From assembly GCA_046861395.1 (NCBI GenBank), contig JBHHUC010000017.1, positions 1 through 37,061 on the forward strand: a DNA stretch of 37,061 nucleotides. The letters are read 5' to 3'. This document shows, piece by piece, positions 9,235 through 18,452 of this stretch. A program made the translations under genes and the position numbers. The notes beneath the pieces were generated by a model. That model did not search any database. It worked only from the letters and a program-made list of their open reading frames with translations, and was not told where the DNA came from. The DNA comes from Fidelibacterota bacterium. Its GTDB lineage: Bacteria > Fidelibacterota > Marinisomatia > Marinisomatales > JABMOV01. Positions within the stretch are counted from its first letter, which is position 1; the number at the start of each line of letters is the position of its first letter.

Positions 9235-10360
9235 GGCGTTGCTTGAACTTTTGTACGACGGACAAGATGGCATCCACCAGCGCGGCCACATCGTCTTGTG
9301 TATTATCCCGTCCAAAACTAATGCGCAGTGTTTCCAGGTTGGACTCATTGGAGAGACCCAGGGCCCGCAAAATTCGTGATGGTTCCACCGAACCGGAAGA
9401 ACAGGCGCTGCCGCTGGAAACAGCCATATCTAGTAAATCCAGATTAATCAGCATATAATTATTTGGAATCCCGGATAAGGTCAGGCTGACCAGTCCCGGC
9501 AGATGATGTTGCGGATGACCGTTAAAAGTGGCTCCGGGAATCTGAGCGGTAATACGGTCTTTGAAATATGCTTCCAGAGTGATCAGGTGATCGGACAATT
9601 CCGCTTGCTCCCGCCGGATTAATTCAGCTGCCTTGCCCATGGCTGCCAGGGCTGGGATATTTTCCGTACCGGACCGTAAACCATGTTCCTGTCCACCACC
9701 CGCAATCAGTGGACGTAGTGATTTCCGGTCTTTGACATATAACAATCCGATCCCTTTCGGACCGTAAAATTTATGTGCCGATAGGCTCAAATAATCACAG
9801 CCCAGCTCACGTACATTGAGAGGTAGTTTCCCCATGACCTGAACCGCATCGGTATGGAAAGGAATATGGTGATCGTGGGCGATGGCAGCGATATCGGCCA
9901 CCGGCTGGATTGTTCCCACTTCATTGTTGGCCATCATAACGGAAATGAGACCGGTTTTATCGGTGATGGCATCCTGAATGCGCCGGGGATCCACACGGCC
10001 ATGGTGATCCACCGGCACAGCCGTATAGGTTACCCCGAATTGCTTCAGTTGATTCAGAGTCTTCAAGATGGAAGGATGCTCGATGACCGTAGTAATCACA
10101 TGATGTCTTGTACGCTGGATTCGGTTCCACAGGACTAGATTGTTGCTTTCCGAACCGCCGCCGGTAAAAATGATTTCATGCGGTTCGGCGCCGATGGCAG
10201 AGGCGACCTGCCGTCGGGCTTCTTCACGGATTACCCGTGCTTTTTGTCCAAACCGGTGGATGCTGGACGGGTTCCCGAAGTGTCTTTCCGCCACGGAATG
10301 CAATACATCCAGGACTTCCGGCCGCAGAGGCGTAGTGGCGCTGTGATCAAAATAGGGCAT
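9227..10360 (-). CDS. iscS: Group I cysteine desulfurase (IscS/NifS/YrvO-like)
   Basis: [32 protein letters not shown] (PLP Lys), [14 protein letters not shown] (catalytic Cys). Confidence 0.93.
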   Translation of the reverse strand: MPYFDHSATTPLRPEVLDVLHSVAERHFGNPSSIHRFGQKARVIREEARRQVASAIGAEPHEIIFTGGGSESNNLVLWNRIQRTRHHVITTVIEHPSILKTLNQLKQFGVTYTAVPVDHHGRVDPRRIQDAITDKTGLISVMMANNEVGTIQPVADIAAIAHDHHIPFHTDAVQVMGKLPLNVRELGCDYLSLSAHKFYGPKGIGLLYVKDRKSLRPLIAGGGQEHGLRSGTENIPALAAMGKAAELIRREQAELSDHLITLEAYFKDRITAQIPGATFNGHPQHHLPGLVSLTLSGIPNNYMLINLDLLDMAVSSGSACSSGSVEPSRILRALGLSNESNLETLRISFGRDNTQDDVAALVDAILSVVQKFKQRRG

Positions 10361-10420
10361 AATTCAGGGCTGAAATTACGATGGCGGACGGGAAATACTT
10401 AACGGGAGAAGTGGCCGCTC

Positions 10421-11191
10421 TTATTCGTTGCGGATGGCCGCATAGCGGATGGTGTTCTGCAGATTTTTATAAAAAGGCGGTTGTTGTATTTCCAGGAATT
10501 CGATCGATTTTTCATAATCATATTCATACCGATGGACATTCCATTCAAACCTGTCCCCAACAGTCAGAAAGGCCACGGCGCCGCGATTGTCCTCGTCGAA
10601 GGGTAGGCCGGTGGCACCCTGGCATAAGATTTTCAGATTCCCCCGTTCCTCATAGCGGGGAATATGGACATGGCCATGGACAAAGATAAACGATGAGATG
10701 TCCGGATTGGCATTTGCCACATGACTACGCCAATGGCAGGCTTCATCCATGGACGGGGGACGATCATCCCGTTGATACCAGGCATGGGTGAATTCCACCA
10801 GGGTGGAGTTCACGATTTCACGATGAGAAACATGCATATTTTCTATGAAAAATACACCGGCTTTGCCAATCTGCTCAGACGTCCATTTTTCGTTGGCAAC
10901 AATGGCCTGGCAGATGGGATCATCGGGATCCATGCCTTCAAGGGAAGGATGCTCCATCTCCCATAATTGCTCAATGATATACCGATCGTGGTTGCCGCGG
11001 ATAAATATGCAATTGGTCAATGTTGATAGAATGTTCAGGGTCTCCCGGGGCTGGGCCCCCAATGCAAAACAGTCTCCCAGACAGATGATTTGATCAACAT
11101 TGTTATGGGAATTGATGACATCCAGCGCTGCTGCCAACGATACGGCATTGGAATGAATATCCGTCAGGATCGCATATGTTTTCATAGACAT
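10421..11191 (-). CDS. Calcineurin-like metallophosphoesterase (YfcE/MJ0936-like)
   Basis: Motifs DIHSN, GDCF, GNHD, FTH, HGHVH. Start is likely ATG 11191 (or 11185), not 11278. Confidence 0.88.
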   Translation of the reverse strand: MSMKTYAILTDIHSNAVSLAAALDVINSHNNVDQIICLGDCFALGAQPRETLNILSTLTNCIFIRGNHDRYIIEQLWEMEHPSLEGMDPDDPICQAIVANEKWTSEQIGKAGVFFIENMHVSHREIVNSTLVEFTHAWYQRDDRPPSMDEACHWRSHVANANPDISSFIFVHGHVHIPRYEERGNLKILCQGATGLPFDEDNRGAVAFLTVGDRFEWNVHRYEYDYEKSIEFLEIQQPPFYKNLQNTIRYAAIRNE

Positions 11192-11198
11192 GTGATGA

Positions 11199-11228
11199 AA
11201 TATAGTATTTCCACTATTTTTATTCCAA
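11199..11228 (-). promoter_or_regulatory. Putative sigma70 promoter TTGGAA-N18-TATATT, 7 nt before ATG
   Basis: Read directly from the sequence; no SD between the -10 and the ATG. Confidence 0.45.
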
Positions 11229-11289
11229 GAATTTAAGCCGATAAAGGAAAACCTGAAGGTAAGATGTGCATATATCACATGACTTTTGG

Positions 11290-11319
11290 TTGGAAGGTGA
11301 ATAATCGCACCGTTAAACT
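11290..11319 (+). promoter_or_regulatory. Putative sigma70 promoter TTGGAA-N18-TAAACT, 5 nt before the pfkB ATG
   Basis: Read directly from the sequence; geometry of a leaderless transcript. Confidence 0.5.
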
Positions 11320-11324
11320 ATTCC

Positions 11325-12242
11325 ATGAATAATACAAACTCTATCTTGCTTGTGGGTTCCGTTGCCCTGGATACCATTGAAACGCCCCAAACCAGACGGG
11401 AAAACCTGCTGGGGGGCAGTGTGACATATGCGCTGGTGTCTGCCAGCCTGGAATCGCCGGTTCATGTCGTAGGAGTGGTGGGGAAGGATTTCCCGGCCGA
11501 AGGCCATGAATTATTTCGTTCCCATGCTGCCGGATTAACAGATTTTCAGATTCGGGACGGATCGACTTTTCGCTGGGGCGGCCGCTATCATGAAAATATG
11601 GATCAGCGTAAAACCTTGTTTACCGAACTGGGTGTATTTGCCGATTTTGATCCACAACTGGCTCTGGGAAATTGTAATCATCCTTATGTTTTCCTGGCGA
11701 ACATTCATCCGGCGCTCCAACTGTCTGTGATTGAACAATGCAATGCTGATTGTACCTTTGTGGTGGATACCATGAATCTGTGGATTGAAACCACGCCTCG
11801 TGAACTGGAACAGGTACTGGCCCGAACCGATATTCTACTGATTAATGAAAGTGAAGCTGCCTTATTGACCGGGACGGAAGATTTACCGAAGGCTGCCCAG
11901 GCTCTGCGTGAAAGGGGACCGGATACCGTTGTTATTAAACTGGGCAGTCAGGGAACGGTGGTGGCCGGGGCTGAAACTGCGGTCAGAATCGGGGTATATC
12001 CCGTATCCCAAGTCGTAGATACTACCGGGGCCGGAGATACGTTCGGTGGCGGTTTTGTTTCCGCCCTAGCCCGGGGCATGGATCTGGGTGAAGCCCTCAT
12101 TAATGGTGCGGCCTGGGCCTCATTTTGTGTCGAAGCATTCGGCATTTCAGCTTCTTCCCGGGTAGACAAAAGTGCTCTGGACTTGCGACGGGCGCGAATT
12201 CGGGAAACCCTTACGCTTGAAATAGGAAAAACACTCCTCTAA
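11325..12242 (+). CDS. PfkB family carbohydrate/nucleoside kinase
   Basis: VGSVALD, LGGS, VGVVGKDF, INESEA, C-terminal PfkB signature DTTGAGDTFGGGF. Confidence 0.92.
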   Translation: MNNTNSILLVGSVALDTIETPQTRRENLLGGSVTYALVSASLESPVHVVGVVGKDFPAEGHELFRSHAAGLTDFQIRDGSTFRWGGRYHENMDQRKTLFTELGVFADFDPQLALGNCNHPYVFLANIHPALQLSVIEQCNADCTFVVDTMNLWIETTPRELEQVLARTDILLINESEAALLTGTEDLPKAAQALRERGPDTVVIKLGSQGTVVAGAETAVRIGVYPVSQVVDTTGAGDTFGGGFVSALARGMDLGEALINGAAWASFCVEAFGISASSRVDKSALDLRRARIRETLTLEIGKTLL

Positions 12243-12245
12243 TTT
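12217..12245 (+). promoter_or_regulatory. Putative sigma70 promoter TTGAAA-N17-TAATTT for the TPR gene
   Basis: Canonical 17-nt spacing; followed by AAGGA SD before ATG 12282. Confidence 0.55.
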
Positions 12246-12281
12246 CAGCCTTCTTATTATACAGAATCACAAGGATTAAAC

Positions 12282-13355
12282 ATGCGAAAAACACTCGTTC
12301 CAGCCATACTTACGATCATTGTATTGGCATTGGCAGGTTGCGCCAGTGAAGAACTCACTTCCGCCAAGCTTTATATACAACAGGAAAACTGGGAAAAAGC
12401 AGAAGAATTCCTATTGAAAGCCATGGTGGTGGAGCCTGAAAATCCGGAAATACCGTATTTATTAGGCCAAAAGATATATGCCCGCCGCAGTGATTGGAAA
12501 AAAATGAATGAAATGTTTGACAAAGCACTTGAGATCGGCGCGGACAAGGCGATTCTCCAGGGCGGTCTGGTCAGGGATTATGTGAAAAATTCCCGGGCCA
12601 AGGCCTGGGCTGATGCCTATAATGATGCCGTTACCCGTTTCAATAAAATCCGCACCGTCGAGGGAGAAGAACGGGAAAAAGCACTGGATTCTACCATTGA
12701 AGGATTTGAAACGGCCTTATTGATCGACCCCTCCGAAACCCAGACCTATCCGATTCTGTCCTTAGTCTATATTGAAAAAGGTTATAACGATAAAGCCCTG
12801 GAATTATTATCCCAGGCCCAGAATCAGGAATTTGACGATCCCAAACTGCTCGTGACGCTGGGACAATCCTATATACGCCTGGGCGTATTGGAAGATGCCG
12901 TGACAGCATTGAACAAGGCTCTGGAATTGGATCCTTCCAACCTGGCTGCGGCTAAACTCCTGGCACAAACCTGGTACGATCTGGACAACTTGGATATGGC
13001 GATACAGACTTATGAAAAAGCCATTGAACTGGAAAAGGTTGATATCAAAAAGGCTGATTTGCATTTCAATCTGGGCATCCTGTATATGAAAGCAGGAAAT
13101 ATCACAATGGCGGAGGATAATTTCACCTATGCCTATGATTTGAACCCCGATGATGTGGAATCACTGGTTGGAATTGCCCAGACGTTTGAACAGGCGGAAA
13201 AATGGAAAAAGGCGGAAAAGTACTATAAGGAACTGGTATACCTGGAGCCGGATAATCCCGAGCATTACCGCTCCATGGCCCGTGTCCTCATAAAACAGGG
13301 TCGTCCGGAAGAAGCTACCCGGTATTTTGAAAAATCAAAGAAGGTAGGCCAGTAA
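12282..13355 (+). CDS. Tetratricopeptide repeat lipoprotein
   Basis: Lipobox LALAGC after a hydrophobic signal. Multiple TPRs (e.g. LGQSYIRLG...ALELDP, FNLGILY...LNP). Confidence 0.9.
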   Translation: MRKTLVPAILTIIVLALAGCASEELTSAKLYIQQENWEKAEEFLLKAMVVEPENPEIPYLLGQKIYARRSDWKKMNEMFDKALEIGADKAILQGGLVRDYVKNSRAKAWADAYNDAVTRFNKIRTVEGEEREKALDSTIEGFETALLIDPSETQTYPILSLVYIEKGYNDKALELLSQAQNQEFDDPKLLVTLGQSYIRLGVLEDAVTALNKALELDPSNLAAAKLLAQTWYDLDNLDMAIQTYEKAIELEKVDIKKADLHFNLGILYMKAGNITMAEDNFTYAYDLNPDDVESLVGIAQTFEQAEKWKKAEKYYKELVYLEPDNPEHYRSMARVLIKQGRPEEATRYFEKSKKVGQ

Positions 13356-13363
13356 CCTGGCTG

Positions 13364-14254
13364 TTATCCCAGTTTCTGTCTCTTTTTCAGATATTCACTG
13401 AGAGCAATATCCAGGGGCTGGTCCGTGAACAGGGGTACATAGTCAATCAGTTTTTCGCGACAGTGTTTTTTATACTGATTTAAAAATGCAGTAACCACGG
13501 CCTGGTAATCCCGACGAATGTGCCAGGGTTCCGTCGTCAGCGTTTCACCGCTTTCCATGTCACGAAACCGAGTCCGGACGTTAAAATCGAAATTTAATTC
13601 CTGGCGATCCAGAATATGGAAAACAATCACATCCTGCTTATGATGCCGGAAATGTTTTAATCCCTCCAACACATCGGATTGCCTATCCAGAAGATCGGAT
13701 ACCAAAACAACCAAACCGCGTTTTTTAATCCGCTCGGCCATTTCATGCAGGACAGAACCAATTCGTGTGTCCGGTCCCGTAGGGGCATTATCAATTGTTG
13801 ACAGGATCGTATTAAGATGACCGGGCGTAGACCGGGGTCGGATAAAAGTCTGAATGGCTTGGTCGAAGGTGACCAGTCCAATGCCATCCTGCTGACGGAT
13901 TAATAAATAGGCCAGAGCGGAGGTGAGAAAACCGGCATATTGCAGTTTGGTGATTTTTCCGCTGCCGTAATTCATGGAATCACTGGTATCCAACAACATG
14001 TAAGTACGGAGGTTTGTTTCTTCCTCAAACCGTTTCACATAATAGCGATCTGTTTTCCCGAACAGTTTCCAGTCAATATGCCTGATTTCATCGCCGTGGC
14101 CGTAAGCCCGGTGTTCGGCAAATTCGACACTGAAACCATGGTAGGGACTGCGATGTAATCCAATCATGTATCCTTCCACTACCATCCGGGCCCGCAGTGA
14201 CATATTGTTGAGCTTGGCCACCATTTCCGGGTTTAGATATTTGCGTTTATCCAT
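13364..14254 (-). CDS. DUF58 domain protein (MoxR partner)
   Basis: GLHRSPYHGFSVEFAEHRAY..GDEIRHIDWK, FEEETN, LLDTSDSM, SDLL. Directly downstream of moxR. Confidence 0.93.
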   Translation of the reverse strand: MDKRKYLNPEMVAKLNNMSLRARMVVEGYMIGLHRSPYHGFSVEFAEHRAYGHGDEIRHIDWKLFGKTDRYYVKRFEEETNLRTYMLLDTSDSMNYGSGKITKLQYAGFLTSALAYLLIRQQDGIGLVTFDQAIQTFIRPRSTPGHLNTILSTIDNAPTGPDTRIGSVLHEMAERIKKRGLVVLVSDLLDRQSDVLEGLKHFRHHKQDVIVFHILDRQELNFDFNVRTRFRDMESGETLTTEPWHIRRDYQAVVTAFLNQYKKHCREKLIDYVPLFTDQPLDIALSEYLKKRQKLG

Positions 14255-14290
14255 TGATATGTTCCGGCCGTTGCAGTAACCCTGTCACCA

Positions 14291-15280
14291 TCAGCGTTCC
14301 ATCTCCAGTAATTTTTTCAGAATATCATCCACATTTAAACCGTCTGCTTCAGCGTTGAAATTGGGTAGTACCCGGTGGCGCAACACGGGTAAAACCAGAT
14401 CGCGGATATCAGCGATATCCGGTGTGGCACGACCGTCGATCAGGGCTTTCGCCTTAGCACCCAGGATTAGGTATTGCGAGGCACGCGGTCCGGCACCCCA
14501 ATCGATCCAGTCATTGATGAAAGATGGTGCCTCCTCGCTCCCGGGTCGGGTGGAGGATACAAAGTCTACGGCATACTGTACGACGTTTTCCGCTACGGGA
14601 ACTCGGTGTACTAAATCCTGAAAGGTCAGTAATTCATCCCTCCCGATCACCGGTTTCAGTGTAAAGGACTGCTGACTGGTGGTGGACTGGACAATGGTGA
14701 CTTCCTCTTCCCGGGAAGGATAATCAATTTTCAAATGAAACATGAAGCGGTCCAGCTGGGCTTCCGGCAGAGGGTAGGTCCCCTCCTGCTCAATGGGGTT
14801 TTGCGTTGCCAGGACGAAGAAGGGTTCTTCCAGGGTATAGGTAGTTCCAGCTGCCGTCACATTGTGTTCCTGCATGGCTTCCAGCAGGGCGGCCTGCGTT
14901 TTGGGTGGGGTCCGGTTTATTTCGTCCGCCAGAATAATGTGTCCGAAAATAGGTCCCTTGAAGAAACGGAATTCCCGCTTACCGCTGGCCTGATCTTCTT
15001 CGATGATTTCCGTGCCGGTAATGTCGCTGGGCATTAAATCCGGCGTAAACTGGATACGGCTGAAAGTCAGGTCCATGAGTTCAGCCATGGTTTTGATGAG
15101 AAGTGTTTTGGCCAGACCCGGAACACCCACCAGTAATGAATGGCCGCGGCACAGAAGTGCGATCAGGATATGATTCAATACATCGTGTTGTCCGACAATG
15201 ACTGTTCCGATTTCGCGGAAAAACTCTTCCCGGCGTTGGGTAAGCTTCTCCAGTAATTCGATATCTGATTGATGTTTCAT
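14291..15280 (-). CDS. moxR: MoxR family AAA+ ATPase
   Basis: Walker A GVPGLAKT, RIQFTPDLMPSDITG, Walker B LADEINR, ATQNPIEQEGTYPLPEAQLDRF, GAGPRA, VLRHR. Confidence 0.95.
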   Translation of the reverse strand: MKHQSDIELLEKLTQRREEFFREIGTVIVGQHDVLNHILIALLCRGHSLLVGVPGLAKTLLIKTMAELMDLTFSRIQFTPDLMPSDITGTEIIEEDQASGKREFRFFKGPIFGHIILADEINRTPPKTQAALLEAMQEHNVTAAGTTYTLEEPFFVLATQNPIEQEGTYPLPEAQLDRFMFHLKIDYPSREEEVTIVQSTTSQQSFTLKPVIGRDELLTFQDLVHRVPVAENVVQYAVDFVSSTRPGSEEAPSFINDWIDWGAGPRASQYLILGAKAKALIDGRATPDIADIRDLVLPVLRHRVLPNFNAEADGLNVDDILKKLLEMER

Positions 15281-15432
15281 GTTTGTTCCATACGTTTGGA
15301 AGATTAATGGTTTGGTTCGGAATCTGTTCCGAAAATAAATACCAGCGGTATAACGTTTAAATTACTTCCCCTGTCTTTCGGTTCCAATTCATTATATGCG
15401 CCCTGTCCTTGGCGAATAGGTTAACTTTATTC

Positions 15433-16458
15433 ATGGAAAATACAACTCTCATCGGTAAAACACAGGATGAACTGGAGGAGCTGGTCCGTTCTGCCGGCTC
15501 TCCGTCCTACCGTGGTCGGCAAATTTATCGTTGGATATATGTTTCCGGGGTACGCGATTACGATGAAATGCATACGATCCCCGGCTCTCTGCGCCAGCAT
15601 CTCGCCGCCGCAGGGCCTCTCCATCCCCTCACATCCCATCTAGTGACGGGGGATCTGGCTGATGGAAGCCAGAAATTTCTATTTACCCTGTCGGACGGTA
15701 AGCAGGTTGAATCGGTTCTCATGAAAGAAAAAAAGCGATTAACGGTCTGTGTATCGACACAGGTCGGCTGTGCCGTGAATTGTTCTTTCTGTGCCACGGC
15801 GGCTATGGGTTTTCATCGCAACCTGACGGCGGGTGAAATTGTGGATCAGGTCTTGCAGATTCAGCATTACAGCGGTGCAAAAATATCCAATGTCGTTTTC
15901 ATGGGAATGGGAGAACCGTTTTTAAATTATGATCATGTCCTGCAGGCCGCCGACCTTTTGCATGATCCTGATGGAATGAATCTGGGCAACCGGAGGATCA
16001 CCATTTCCACGGCCGGAATTATCCCGGGGATCAGACGATTTACCAAGGAAAAACGGCTTTATAAACTGGCCATCAGTCTCAATGCCACCAGTGACGAACA
16101 ACGCCGGGACATCATGCCGCTGACGAAAAAATATCCCATTACAACCTTGTTGCCCGTGGTTCAGAAATATTACCAAGTCCTTCGCCATCAGGTGACGTTT
16201 GAATACGTTCTACTAGATCGCTTTAATGATACACCAGGTGATGCCAGGCGCCTGATTCGCATGATCGGGAGACTGCCCTGTAAAGTAAATATTATTCCCT
16301 ACAATGAGATTGGTGGTAATTTCCGACGGCCGGCCCCTGAAAGAATGACGACATTTTTAGACACCTTGCGCCCGGCCCCGTTCACCGTAACCGTCCGCTG
16401 GAGTAAAGGAACAGATATCAAGGCCGGCTGTGGACAGCTGGCAACAGAATATACATGA
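15433..16458 (+). CDS. rlmN: Dual-specificity rRNA/tRNA adenine C2 methyltransferase RlmN
   Basis: CVSTQVGCAVNCSFCAT (radical SAM CxxxCxxC), MGMGEP, FEYVLL, NIIPYN, C-terminal DIKAGCGQL. Start is likely ATG 15433. Confidence 0.95.
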   Translation: MENTTLIGKTQDELEELVRSAGSPSYRGRQIYRWIYVSGVRDYDEMHTIPGSLRQHLAAAGPLHPLTSHLVTGDLADGSQKFLFTLSDGKQVESVLMKEKKRLTVCVSTQVGCAVNCSFCATAAMGFHRNLTAGEIVDQVLQIQHYSGAKISNVVFMGMGEPFLNYDHVLQAADLLHDPDGMNLGNRRITISTAGIIPGIRRFTKEKRLYKLAISLNATSDEQRRDIMPLTKKYPITTLLPVVQKYYQVLRHQVTFEYVLLDRFNDTPGDARRLIRMIGRLPCKVNIIPYNEIGGNFRRPAPERMTTFLDTLRPAPFTVTVRWSKGTDIKAGCGQLATEYT

Positions 16459-17252
16459 TTAATATTGCTGATATGGCTGACAGGGTATATACCCAAACGG
16501 GCCGAGATGGCGGCATCGCCGTTATCCTCGGATCTGGTCTGGGTGATTTTACCGCATCACTGTCGGATAAAAAGATCGTGCCCTATGGGGATATTCCGGG
16601 TTATCCCCGGTCCCATGTAGCTGGCCATGCCGGTGTGTTTACATCTGGAACATTGGATGATATTCATGTCCTGGCGGCCCAGGGCCGGTTCCACTACTAT
16701 GAAGGGCACAATTTCAGTACGATTGCCCTGCCGATACAGTTGTTTTACCAGCTGGATATCCATCATGTCATCATTACCAATGCGGCCGGATCCACCCGGA
16801 AATCCAATCCTCCTGGAACGGTCATGTATCTCACCGGCCACATGGACGGGACTTTTCGTCATTCTGCGACCCGTCCTAGGATTTTCACCGGTGCACCATA
16901 TTATCAGTCCGACATCAAGGCCAGGATGGAACATATTCAGAATCGCTATGCGATCAAGTCCGGCGTGTATTGTTGGACCCAGGGACCGGCCTATGAAACA
17001 CCAGCCGAAGTCAATCTATTTCGGCAATGGGGCGCCGATGCCGTTGGCATGAGCACGGTCCCGGAAATCATCACGGCCGGTGAATTAACCATGACAACGG
17101 TGGCATTCAGCGCATTAACCAATTATGCCGCCGGCGTAACGACAGCCAAACTCCATCATGAGGATGTAATCGAAACGGCCCATATCATCAAGGACCGATT
17201 TCAGCATATTCTCGCCGACACCACTCGGCTTTTGGCGTCTAACATCGATTAA
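16455..17252 (+). CDS. Purine-nucleoside phosphorylase (trimeric PNP/XapA family)
   Basis: ILGSGLG, VAGHAG, GRFHYYEG, TNAAG, GPAYETPAE, GADAVGMSTVPE, TNYAAG. ATGA overlap with rlmN. Confidence 0.92.
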   Translation: MINIADMADRVYTQTGRDGGIAVILGSGLGDFTASLSDKKIVPYGDIPGYPRSHVAGHAGVFTSGTLDDIHVLAAQGRFHYYEGHNFSTIALPIQLFYQLDIHHVIITNAAGSTRKSNPPGTVMYLTGHMDGTFRHSATRPRIFTGAPYYQSDIKARMEHIQNRYAIKSGVYCWTQGPAYETPAEVNLFRQWGADAVGMSTVPEIITAGELTMTTVAFSALTNYAAGVTTAKLHHEDVIETAHIIKDRFQHILADTTRLLASNID

Positions 17253-17262
17253 AGGATACATT

Positions 17263-18432
17263 ATGGCAAAGAATATTCATCCGGACATTTCAGCCCTGCG
17301 TGATGAAATCATAACGATCCGCCGGGATATTCATCAGCATCCGGAACTGGGATTTGAAGTGCAACGTACGGCTGGCCTTGTCGCACGTCATCTGGAAACT
17401 CTGGGGCTGGAAGTCAAAACGGAAGTCGGTAAAACTGGTGTTGTGGGAGACCTGAACGGGACAAGCGATGGTCCCACAATCGCTTTACGCGCGGATATGG
17501 ATGCTCTTCCAATTCAGGAAACAGGAGATGTGTCATATAAATCCCTTTATGATGGTCGGATGCATGCCTGCGGCCATGACGGTCATACGGCCATCTTGTT
17601 GGGTGTGGCAAATGTTCTGGCCGCAAACCGCGACAAGCTTAAAGGGGCGGTACGGTTTATTTTCCAACCTGCCGAAGAAGGGGAAGGCGGCGCCCGCTAC
17701 ATGATTAACGATGGTGTACTGGACGGCGTGGATGAGATCTACGGCCTGCATTTATGGAACTATCAAGTGTCAGGAGATGTGGGCGTTAAAGAGGGTCCCG
17801 TTTTGGCCTCTGCGGATATTTTTACGATTCATATCCGGGGCATTGGAGGGCATGGTGCGACGCCACAGGGAACGGTGGATTGTATTGTGGTGGCAGCCCA
17901 AGTGATTCAAGCCGTTCAAACCATTGTGTCTCGAAATACCAATCCCCTAGAAAGTACCGTAGTTACCATTGGGAAAGTGACAGGGGGCCATAATTTCAAT
18001 GTAATTGCCGATGAGGTTACGCTGTCTGGTACGGCACGGGCCTACAGCGAAGAAAATCGCCAACTGATCAAACAACGTTTAGGGGAAATTCTAAACGGTA
18101 TTGCCACAACTTTTGGGGCGGATATCACACTGGATTACGAAGATGGCTACCCGCCGACCATCAACGAATCGGAAACCACGAAAAAGCTGGATAAGGCCGC
18201 CCGCACCGTGGTCGGTGAGGAAGCGACTTTCCCATATTTATCTATGGGGGGTGAAGATTTTGCCTACTATCTGAATGAAATACCGGGCTGCTTTTTCTTT
18301 GTCGGATCAGCTCCTCGGGATCGGGCCTTACGCAGCATTCCTCATCATTGTTCGCATTTTGATATCGATGAAGAGGCCTTGTTAATCGGTGGTTCTATCT
18401 TTGTTCGTTTGATTGAACAGCAATTATATTAA
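17263..18432 (+). CDS. M20D family amidohydrolase
   Basis: RRDIHQHPELGF, LRADMDALP, MHACGHDGH, FQPAEEG, GGHGA.P, GEDF, HH..FDIDE. SD AAGGA. Confidence 0.93.
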   Translation: MAKNIHPDISALRDEIITIRRDIHQHPELGFEVQRTAGLVARHLETLGLEVKTEVGKTGVVGDLNGTSDGPTIALRADMDALPIQETGDVSYKSLYDGRMHACGHDGHTAILLGVANVLAANRDKLKGAVRFIFQPAEEGEGGARYMINDGVLDGVDEIYGLHLWNYQVSGDVGVKEGPVLASADIFTIHIRGIGGHGATPQGTVDCIVVAAQVIQAVQTIVSRNTNPLESTVVTIGKVTGGHNFNVIADEVTLSGTARAYSEENRQLIKQRLGEILNGIATTFGADITLDYEDGYPPTINESETTKKLDKAARTVVGEEATFPYLSMGGEDFAYYLNEIPGCFFFVGSAPRDRALRSIPHHCSHFDIDEEALLIGGSIFVRLIEQQLY

Positions 18433-18452
18433 TCCGGATCGTTCTGGATTTT
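18431..18452. terminator. Putative intrinsic terminator between convergent genes
   Basis: AATCCGGA-TCGT-TCTGGATT hairpin (one G-U pair) followed by TT on the + strand, filling the 18-nt gap. Confidence 0.45.

Noticed and set aside
9235..9348. N-terminal extensions in the ORF track for mnmA (also phosphoesterase 11278, rlmN 15409, yjbQ 19548, kinase 20983, ggt 24182)
   Set aside because: These extensions overlap neighbouring genes or promoters and precede the family-typical N-termini; downstream starts fit better.
11265..11279. CRP/FNR site
   Set aside because: TGTGC-N5-TCACA is one base shorter than TGTGA-N6-TCACA; kept only as an unassigned dyad.
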